Origin: Halomicronema hongdechloris C2206
GTDB lineage: Bacteria > Cyanobacteriota > Cyanobacteriia > Phormidesmidales > Phormidesmidaceae
Assembly (NCBI RefSeq): GCF_002075285.3
Contig: NZ_CP021983.2
Location: 1,440,001 to 1,472,000, forward strand
Reading direction: 5' to 3'
DNA length: 32,000 bases
The number at the start of each line of letters is the position of its first letter. The first letter of the stretch is position 1. Below the pieces are notes generated by a model that worked only from the letters and a program-made list of their open reading frames with translations, was not told where the DNA came from and searched no databases. Positions 9,708-17,297 of this stretch are shown piece after piece. The position numbers and the translations under genes are program-made.

Positions 9708-10826
9708 ATGTCTTCATATGCTAAATCATTAAAGTTCTTCGCTGGCTTTTCAGCTATTTACCTAGCAGCTGTTGCTTGCATTAACCTTTGGCTAGATCCT
9801 TTCGGTTTGAGAAATCACGGAGGTAGACTTAGTCATGCTCGTCTTGTGAAGGCCATTCAGGTTAACCGACTTAATCCAGATGTTGTTTTCGTTGGTTCTT
9901 CCAGTGTAGCTATTGGCCTAAATCCTGAACATGAAGTGTTTCAAGACTATAAATCAGTTTATAACTTAGGTATCTTCGGGGCAAATTTTTACGAGTTAGG
10001 GCATTATTTTCGGCATGCAGCACATGGGGATAACCTCGAGAAGGCCTTTATTGCCTTAGACTTTTATGGATTTAACAAGTTCATGGAGGTAAAGCCCGGT
10101 TTTTCGGAAAGTCGACTAAATTCAAGGCGAATGCATCCTCGAGACTTTCTAGAGCTATATTTTTCGTTAGAGGCCTTGACTCTAATTAGGGATGCCAATG
10201 TAGAAGAAAACTATTTTGCTTCCAACGGACTTCTACCTAAACTTCAAAATTGGAATATACAAGACCGAGAAGAACTTTTTGCTAAGCATCTACAGCAAAA
10301 TATATTAGAGGAAGGAGGGATGTATTATGGAGATTATGCCCTTTCTGAGAAAGCATTTCAAGAATTAGCCCATGTTGTCTCACTGGCTCAAAAAGAAAAC
10401 ATCGACATTCAATTTTTCCTGCCTGCTCCTCATGCTACTCTTTTTCATTATGTCTTAGATACTCCCGAATATTGGACAATCTACAAAGAGTGGTTGCGGA
10501 AAATCGTCAAAATTTACCCAGTATGGGATTTTTCAGGATGTAATAGAATTACGACAAAGTCTGTAGATTCAAGTGAAGAGTATTATGAAGATCCACTTCA
10601 CTTTACTCCCAAAGTAGGGAGCCTGATGATTGAACGAGTATACGCACGTGAGTCAAGTGAACTTCTACCGAAATTTGGTATCTATGTAACGCCTGATAAT
10701 GTTGATAGCCATTTGAAGGAAGTTGAAAAGCAATGTGATCGCTGGAAACAGGAAAATCCAAAGACTATTGCATGGCTAGAAAGTCTAAACCTTAAGCCAG
10801 CATTAATATCTTCTCGTCAAGAATAG
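9708..10826 (+). CDS. N-terminally anchored SGNH/DltD/AlgJ-like putative extracytoplasmic acyltransferase, paralog 1
   Basis: Single N-terminal hydrophobic anchor. VVFVGSSSV is a candidate nucleophile block, and EDPLHFT is a DxxH block like SGNH block V, the DltD Asp/His or the AlgJ/AlgX DxHW. It lies directly downstream of the MBOAT. Confidence 0.6.
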   Translation: MSSYAKSLKFFAGFSAIYLAAVACINLWLDPFGLRNHGGRLSHARLVKAIQVNRLNPDVVFVGSSSVAIGLNPEHEVFQDYKSVYNLGIFGANFYELGHYFRHAAHGDNLEKAFIALDFYGFNKFMEVKPGFSESRLNSRRMHPRDFLELYFSLEALTLIRDANVEENYFASNGLLPKLQNWNIQDREELFAKHLQQNILEEGGMYYGDYALSEKAFQELAHVVSLAQKENIDIQFFLPAPHATLFHYVLDTPEYWTIYKEWLRKIVKIYPVWDFSGCNRITTKSVDSSEEYYEDPLHFTPKVGSLMIERVYARESSELLPKFGIYVTPDNVDSHLKEVEKQCDRWKQENPKTIAWLESLNLKPALISSRQE

Positions 10827-10905
10827 TTGAATGGATTAATCAGGAGCCTAGGAAATAGTATCTATAAACTTTACTCACTTATGATTTTTACTTATCTTTA
10901 GCAGC

Positions 10906-12009
10906 ATGTCTTATCATAGTAAATTTCTCAGGAACTTCTTTAGTTATACTGCAGCTTGTATGCTCGTTGTCTTGGGAGTTAATGCATTTGTAGACCCTTA
11001 TGGAATTCGTAAGGCTGGAGGACGAGTTGCAAATGATCGATTAGTCAAAGCTATTAAGGTTTCTCAAATAAAACCAAAGGTTGTCTTTTTAGGATCATCA
11101 GGTGTTGCTAGGGGACTTAATCCTAGTCATACTGCTTTTTCAGAAAGTAGACCAGTTTACAATTTGTCTCTTTTAGGGGCTAGTATTTATGAAATAAAGC
11201 GATATTTTGACTACGCGGTTGCGCATAACAAACTTGAGCATGCCATTATTGGCCTTGATTTCTATGCATTTAATGACTCTAGGGAGGTAAGGCCTGGTTT
11301 TTCAGAAACAAGACTGAATTCCCAATATATTTCCCCTAAAGATCTTTTAGGCATTTATCTATCTCTTGATTCCCTCAACCTAGTAATGAATCCTGATCAG
11401 AGAGGATATTATTTCGCTGATGATGGAACATATGAGCATCGAATTCAAATAGGCATAGAACGCCAGTTCGAGATAAAGCTTATTGAAGACTTTACTCAGT
11501 CCGAACAAATGTATTGGAACTATAAGTTTTCTGAGGCAACAATTGGTCACTTTCAGTCAATAGTTGAATCTGCCGATTCAGAAGGGGTTAGAGTTGATAT
11601 TTTTCTACCTCCGTTGCATGCAACTTTATTTTATTCTGCAATGATGTCTAACTACTGGCCAACTTACGAAAAATGGTTAAAGAGAATTGTTAATATTCAT
11701 CCTGTTTGGGATTTTTCGGGATGTAATACTATTACTACCGAGCCAATCAGCGGAGAAATGAATTGGTTTGAGGATCCATCCCACTATACTGAAGAAGTAG
11801 GTGATCTAATCCTTAATAAACTATCTGAAGCTGAGAGTGGAAAGTCACTAAGAGACTTTGGCCAATATGTGACATCTGAAAATGTAAATGAGCACCTCCA
11901 ACAGGTTAGATCTCAATGCCAAAAATGGTCAAATTCTAACCCTAATATTATGCATTGGCTAGAGGAACTTAACCTAATAAATCGAATGAAGATCTCAACA
12001 GCAGAATAA
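10906..12009 (+). CDS. N-terminally anchored SGNH/DltD/AlgJ-like putative extracytoplasmic acyltransferase, paralog 2
   Basis: Collinear with the previous protein end to end. Shared blocks: VVFLGSSGV, YNL, LDFYAFN, PGFSETRLNS, FLPPLHATLF, HPVWDFSGCNTITT, EDPSHYT. Confidence 0.6.
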   Translation: MSYHSKFLRNFFSYTAACMLVVLGVNAFVDPYGIRKAGGRVANDRLVKAIKVSQIKPKVVFLGSSGVARGLNPSHTAFSESRPVYNLSLLGASIYEIKRYFDYAVAHNKLEHAIIGLDFYAFNDSREVRPGFSETRLNSQYISPKDLLGIYLSLDSLNLVMNPDQRGYYFADDGTYEHRIQIGIERQFEIKLIEDFTQSEQMYWNYKFSEATIGHFQSIVESADSEGVRVDIFLPPLHATLFYSAMMSNYWPTYEKWLKRIVNIHPVWDFSGCNTITTEPISGEMNWFEDPSHYTEEVGDLILNKLSEAESGKSLRDFGQYVTSENVNEHLQQVRSQCQKWSNSNPNIMHWLEELNLINRMKISTAE

Positions 12010-12087
12010 AAATATAATTTTATGAATTATCGAACCTATTATTTAATAATAGGATAGTAGAAGCTAAAGTCATCATCTGGCAACACC

Positions 12088-13623
12088 ATGGAATTTCCAT
12101 TACAGCATAAAACTTCAATTTCTTTCTCTTCAGGTGATCTTGACCTTTTTAGCAAGGCAAGCCATGATCGTAACCCTTTGCATCTCTCCGAAGACTATGC
12201 TCGCAAAACTCCATTTGCCCAACGTGTAGTTTTTGGCGTTTTGGGTGGTTTATCTTGTTTAAAGTATTTACAGGACCGAGCAGATTTTCAACTGAAAAAA
12301 ATTTTTCTAGAATTTTTAGGTCCCTTATTTATTAATCAGTTTTATTCATTAGAGATAACTGAAAGTTCACAGGAGCAAGTAACTGCGCGGATTTTCGATG
12401 GTAGACGCCTAATGCTAAAAATGAAAGTGAATTTTCGACCAGGAAATTCACCGACCATTCAGGCCGTATCAGCACAAGCCTCCCGTACCGAGGCTGTAAT
12501 GTTGTCGCCATCAGAACTGACTAGGGGCATTAAGTTGGATGAAGCAACATATTGCCCTAATCTTGAAGCATTACGTATATTAGCTTATCAACTGAGTTTA
12601 CCTGAGAAAGGTGTTGGTGAAGTAGAGATAGCCACATTACTTTGGGCAAGTTACTTCGTGGGAATGGAGTTACCAGGATTCCAAGCACTTTTTTCTAAGC
12701 TAACTCTTAGCTTTGAAAATTCTTTACCCAATCTAAAAAAACCATTTTCCTATACTAGTTCATTAACCTATTTTGACGACCGCTACAATTTACTGCGCAC
12801 AAAAGCTGAGTTATCTGATAACGGTAAATCATTTGCTACTGGAGAAATCCAATCCTTTATTCGCCCTACTTCAACTATTAGTACTTCTCAATATCTCGAG
12901 ACTCTACTGCCGAGTTCTGAATTCTTAAAGGGAAAAGTAGCCTTAGTAACAGGAGCTAGTCGAGGTTTAGGGGCTGCAATTGCACAATCGCTAGCATTGC
13001 AAGGATGTACCGTTCTAGCTAACTTTCTCCGAAGTTATCCTGAAGCTAAATCGCTACAGAAAGCGCTAGAAAATGCACCTGGCCAAGTTATTTTGATGCA
13101 AGGTAATGCAGCGGAATTATCTTGGTGTCTTTCAGCTAAGCAGGAAATTATTTCTAGATATGGCAAGCTAGACTTCTTGATTTGTAATGCTTGTCCTGCT
13201 ATATTACCCCTCTGGTTAGAGCCAACAGCTGTTGATCGGGTGAATGAATATGTCGCTCAAAGCCTAGCTCTCATGAGTGTACCAATGTCTACCTTTCTCA
13301 GTTTAGTATCTGAGAGCTTAGGCTGGAACATTGTTATTTCATCAATCTATGCCAGTCAAGCTTTTCCGGCAGACTTACCTCACTACGTTATCGCGAAATC
13401 TGCAATTGAAGGTCTCACAAAGGTAGCAGCCTCTGAATACAAGGATATTAACTTTGCTATAGTAAGACCTCCCAAATTGCTGACTGATCAGACAAACACG
13501 CCTATCGGTAGACAAAATGCTATATCTGTCGAGAAAGTTGCCGTTTCTATCACAGAGCATTTAAGAAATGTATCTAATAAAACTCAGATAGATATATTAG
13601 AGAATATTTGGGAAATAGATTAA
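12088..13623 (+). CDS. Fusion protein: MaoC-like (R)-hydratase/dehydratase hotdog region + classical short-chain dehydrogenase/reductase
   Basis: N-terminus ASHDRNPLHLSEDYARKTPFAQRVVFGVL is the MaoC hydratase D-x-N-P-x-H motif. The middle, about 150 aa, is probably a second hotdog repeat. C-terminus has KVALVTGASRGLGAAIA (TGxxxGxG), ISSIYAS and YVIAKSAIEGL (YxxxK). Confidence 0.8.
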   Translation: MEFPLQHKTSISFSSGDLDLFSKASHDRNPLHLSEDYARKTPFAQRVVFGVLGGLSCLKYLQDRADFQLKKIFLEFLGPLFINQFYSLEITESSQEQVTARIFDGRRLMLKMKVNFRPGNSPTIQAVSAQASRTEAVMLSPSELTRGIKLDEATYCPNLEALRILAYQLSLPEKGVGEVEIATLLWASYFVGMELPGFQALFSKLTLSFENSLPNLKKPFSYTSSLTYFDDRYNLLRTKAELSDNGKSFATGEIQSFIRPTSTISTSQYLETLLPSSEFLKGKVALVTGASRGLGAAIAQSLALQGCTVLANFLRSYPEAKSLQKALENAPGQVILMQGNAAELSWCLSAKQEIISRYGKLDFLICNACPAILPLWLEPTAVDRVNEYVAQSLALMSVPMSTFLSLVSESLGWNIVISSIYASQAFPADLPHYVIAKSAIEGLTKVAASEYKDINFAIVRPPKLLTDQTNTPIGRQNAISVEKVAVSITEHLRNVSNKTQIDILENIWEID

Positions 13624-13664
13624 TGGTTTTTCCCTAGGAATTGAATTTCAGTTTCCTAAAGATA

Positions 13665-14811
13665 TAGCAATCCCAGTTGATTTATGAACAAGGTGAATAT
13701 TCTTCTATTTTAGAAAAATCGAACTTTTGATGATCTATAAAGAACTCAAACAGATACTTTACAGCGGGGAAAGAACGACACAACCTCCAAAATCTTCTCA
13801 ATGAATTTTTGGCTTGTAACCAAACATCTTCCACTGGATTTTGTTCTGGTGAATTGGGTGCAAATAGAATACATTTGAATTGCCATTCTGTCTCTTCCTT
13901 CCCATGATTGACTGTAGCTAAAAAATCTTTGATCTCTTGTGACTTATGATAACTAGCGCCATCCCAAATTAATGCGATTTGCTTCCCAGGATTTTGTTCC
14001 TGCAAGTACTTCATAAAAGCAACTGTATTCTCTCCATTCCCTTTCTCGTAAGGATGCAAAATAAATTCTTTTGTTTGATAGTTTAATGCGCCATAATATG
14101 TTTGCCTGATTCTCTCGTTTGTAATAGGGATTTCGATTCGCATATCTGTCTTGCCCCAGACATATCCACAAACATCACCCCAAAGGAGATGACACTCATC
14201 CAAAAAAAGTACAATCAATTCCCCAGACTCAATTTTGAACTGGTTTTGACGGATAAATCCTTGGATTTCTTCTCTTTTTTTTTGACTAGAGCTGGATCAG
14301 ATTTCGGGTTGGTTTTTTGAGATTTCTTCCAACTAATACCTGCTTCCGAAAAAAGTGTATAGTAGCTTTGCTTAGACTTGTAAATCACATCATAATGTTC
14401 ATCTAAATATGAAACTAATTCATCAAAGTTCCAGTAGTTTCTGGTTCTCAGCCACGAGATAATTTCTGTACGATCATCTGGGGTTAGGTAACTTTTTGAT
14501 CCTTGGTAGCCGAGTTTAATACCTTCAATGCCTTGTGCTTCGAATCTGTTCTTCCAATATGTAATAAAAGACTTGTTTATTCCCAGAAATTTGGTAATCT
14601 TAAAATATGGCTCACCCTCCAATGCCATTTTTACAGCCAATGCTCGCTTAAGCTCTCTTGAATCAGGATTACTACTTATAAAGTCTGATAGAATAGCACG
14701 ATTATCTACTTTTTGTTGGTGTTCTAATTGAAAACTATTCATGAGTACAACTGTATTGACAGCTTGATGATATTTATATACTACCCATTCTAAACTCATT
14801 TAGGGTTGCTA
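13665..14811 (-). mobile_element. IS630-family insertion sequence with TA target-site duplication
   Basis: Imperfect terminal inverted repeats start with TAGCAA (13665-13688 versus the reverse complement of 14788-14811, 17/24 matches by eye). TA flanks each end (13663-13664 and 14812-13). The size, about 1.15 kb, fits one two-frame DDE transposase. Confidence 0.8.
13682..14799 (-). CDS. IS630-family DDE transposase, two overlapping frames joined by a probable programmed -1 frameshift
   Basis: OrfA (14215-14799) has an HTH-type N-terminus. OrfB (13682-14218) carries DECHLLWGD, IWDGASYHKS and NSPEQNPVEDVW (D, D, E). The orfB frame is -1 relative to orfA and stays open back through an A9 run (T9 on the + strand, 14275-14283). 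Slippage there gives ...ALVKKKREEIQGFIRQNQFKIESGELIVLFLDECH. Confidence 0.8.
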
Positions 14812-14989
14812 TATGGCGTAATCTATTTTTTAGAAACTGGAATTCCAGTTGTACCAGAGCATGAACTCTCATAAACTGCACAAGATCTGGACGGTAGTAA
14901 CTCAGGAATAATTTCAACTACTCCAGAGTAACTGATAATGGCAGCATCTTAACTTTTTAAACAAGATATATATTGTCTGTCTTTTATCC

Positions 14990-15084
14990 AAAAATAACCA
15001 ATCAGCATGGCCAAAAAGGCAGCTTTACATAGAAAATTTTTACGATATGAGTGCAATATCTTCTGTCTTTTATTGGTTATTTTT
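14990..15084. repeat. Perfect 13-bp inverted repeat (AAAAATAACCAAT / ATTGGTTATTTTT), each arm preceded by the 12-bp direct repeat TCTGTCTTTTAT
   Basis: Inverted-repeat arms at 14990-15002 and 15072-15084 with a 69-nt spacer. Direct repeats at 14976-14987 and 15062-15073. Both lie in the 570-bp AT-rich spacer between the IS and the kdsB-like gene. Confidence 0.6.
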
Positions 15085-15434
15085 CATATATTTCTAGTGA
15101 AAGACTGTATAAATAAACTTTGAGAAATGACATAGATTAAATTCTATAAGGAACTTCTTGATTGTATGAAATCGTATTTTTTAATTATACTAACATAAAG
15201 ATTTTCTGAGATAATCTTATACATTTAAAAGTAATCTGTTTATTTTTAAGGATTACATAGATTATCAGCTAAATGAAGTTGATTTCATAAAAATCGGATT
15301 TTGCCATGTTTTTTTAATAAAGCGATTCATTATATCTAGATGTGGAATACGATATTCGCTTATCCTATTAATGCTCGGAAAACTCCAATATGAAATTGGA
15401 GAAAAACGGATATTTGAGGAGTTTAGAGCTAAGA

Positions 15435-16166
15435 ATGATGGCTAAAGTGACAGGGGTTATACCTGCCAGATATAAATCAACTCGCTTCGAGGGTAAGCCT
15501 CTCGCTATTCTTGAAGGCAAAACCATGATCCAAATGGTTTATGAGAAATGTTGTAAGAGCAAACTCTTAGATCAGATCATGGTTGCTACAGATGATCAGC
15601 GTATCTACGATAACGTCTTATCTTTTGGTGGAAATGCAATTATGACCGAAACCAATATTGCCACTGGAAGTGATCGTTGCTATGAGGCCGTTAAGTATGA
15701 TAGCTGTGATATTGTAGTCAATATTCAGGGTGATGAACCACTCATTGATCCGAACGTCATCGATATTTGTATTCAGGCCTTGATAGATGCACCAGAAGCA
15801 GTGTGCTCAACCCCAGTAGTCAAATCAAATAACCCAGACGAGATTAATTCTCCCCATGCAGTTAAAGTAGTACTCAATAAAAAACTTGAAGCACTTTACT
15901 TCTCAAGATATCCAATCCCTTTTTTTCGTAATAATCTAGATGATGAAATCTATTATCGACATATTGGATTGTATTGCTATCGTAAATATTTCCTAGAACA
16001 ATTTGTCTCTATGGCCCAAACCTTTTTAGAACTTTCCGAGTCATTAGAGCAGCTTCGTATTTTAGAAAACGGATATAAGATTCAGTGTTGCCTAGTTGAT
16101 TATGAATCAGTTGGAGTAGATACCCCAGAAGATTTAGAGAAAGTTAAGCGGCTTTTGAAAATATAG
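15435..16166 (+). CDS. kdsB: 3-deoxy-ulosonate cytidylyltransferase (CMP-Kdo synthetase family)
   Basis: Alignable by eye to E. coli KdsB over the full length: GVIPARYKSTRFEGKPL, VATDD, TGSDR, VNIQGDEPL, AVKVVL, ALYFSR, HIGLYCYR, LEQLRILENG, GVDTPEDLEKV. The ORF opens at ATG 15390, but homologs begin just before the IPARY block, so ATG 15435 is preferred. Confidence 0.85.
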   Translation: MMAKVTGVIPARYKSTRFEGKPLAILEGKTMIQMVYEKCCKSKLLDQIMVATDDQRIYDNVLSFGGNAIMTETNIATGSDRCYEAVKYDSCDIVVNIQGDEPLIDPNVIDICIQALIDAPEAVCSTPVVKSNNPDEINSPHAVKVVLNKKLEALYFSRYPIPFFRNNLDDEIYYRHIGLYCYRKYFLEQFVSMAQTFLELSESLEQLRILENGYKIQCCLVDYESVGVDTPEDLEKVKRLLKI

Positions 16167-16205
16167 ATTTTATTATTAATTGAATACTACTGGAACTAAG
16201 AGGAT

Positions 16206-17246
16206 ATGCAGATGTTGACTAAAATTCCGAAGATTTCTTGTTCTCTTTTGGCGGCATTAGATAGTGATTACTCCCTAACAGATGTTCTAAAAAAACTAGA
16301 TATCGTTGGTGTAGATATTATTCATTATGACGTCAGTGATAATGCAAAGACTTTAGATCTTAAGGAGATTAATAAATTACGTACTAGCACCTGCCTACCA
16401 TTTGATGTACATTTAAGTGTCGAAAATCCCGATCCATATCTAAAAGATGTTCAGCTTCAGCCAGAAGATTATTTTTGTCTTCATGTTGAAAATAATCTGA
16501 GCTGGGCACAACTTGAAGAAGTACGACATAAGGTTGGTTGTAATTTTGGTTTGGCAATTAACACAGACACTCCTGTAAGTGATCTATTTGACAAAGCACA
16601 AATTCTCGATTATGTGCTGTTTATGTCTGCCACCCCTGGTGTTTCTGGTGGACAGTTTAACGATCAAGTAATCAGTAAGATCAAGGCATTTCGTCGCGCC
16701 TTTCCAGAGGTTAAAGTGCACGTAGATGGTGGTGTCAACCATTTATCTGCTGCCCTATTAAGAGAGTTAGGAGTTGATGTCCTCATCTCTGGTTCTTACA
16801 TCTTAAAAAATGAAGATTATCTAGTTCAGCTAACTAAGCTGTTTGGTAAGAACCTATACCTGCGTGTTGCCGATATTATGAGGGCTCATGAACAGGTACC
16901 TCGTGTCACCCCAGATACTGACATTTGTCAGACAGTCTTAGAAATGAATACTAAGTTGGTTGGTTGCACTTGTGTCGTAGATCATGACAACCGCTTGCTT
17001 GGTCTAGTGACGGATGGAGATGTTCGTAGAAGATTGATTCTTCAACCTGATTTGTCTAGTCTAAAGGCAAAGGATTTAATGGCAAAGCATCCCTTTGTTA
17101 TTACACCAGATGTGCGACTCCTTAATTTGCTACGGGAACTAGATAAGAGACGTGCAGGATTTGATGTGATTCCAGTTATAGATGCATCTGAACAATGTAT
17201 TGGTCTTGTCTGGTTACGAGATATTATTTCAAGTCACGCTTTATAA
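16206..17246 (+). CDS. Fusion: ribulose-phosphate 3-epimerase-like TIM barrel + KpsF/KdsD-like CBS-domain pair
   Basis: N-terminal about 215 aa carry RPE blocks IIHYDVSD (H-x-D...D), FDVHLS, MSATPGVSGGQF, VHVDGGV and ISGSYI. C-terminal about 125 aa are VADIM...LLGLVTDGDVRRRL...VIPVID...IGLVWLRDI, two CBS motifs resembling the tail of arabinose-5-phosphate isomerase. Alternative start ATG 16212 has GAGGA 7 nt upstream. Confidence 0.7.
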   Translation: MQMLTKIPKISCSLLAALDSDYSLTDVLKKLDIVGVDIIHYDVSDNAKTLDLKEINKLRTSTCLPFDVHLSVENPDPYLKDVQLQPEDYFCLHVENNLSWAQLEEVRHKVGCNFGLAINTDTPVSDLFDKAQILDYVLFMSATPGVSGGQFNDQVISKIKAFRRAFPEVKVHVDGGVNHLSAALLRELGVDVLISGSYILKNEDYLVQLTKLFGKNLYLRVADIMRAHEQVPRVTPDTDICQTVLEMNTKLVGCTCVVDHDNRLLGLVTDGDVRRRLILQPDLSSLKAKDLMAKHPFVITPDVRLLNLLRELDKRRAGFDVIPVIDASEQCIGLVWLRDIISSHAL

Positions 17247-17297
17247 GCTAGCAAACAGATTTCTTGATTCTCTCAGTACATAGATCTAGGTAAGGAT

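Noticed and set aside
13953-14731. Extra ORFs inside the IS630 element (13953-14171 -, 14102-14320 +, 14528-14731 +)
   Set aside because: They are off-frame or antisense to the transposase frames, which carry the HTH and DDE signatures. IS630 elements encode only the transposase.
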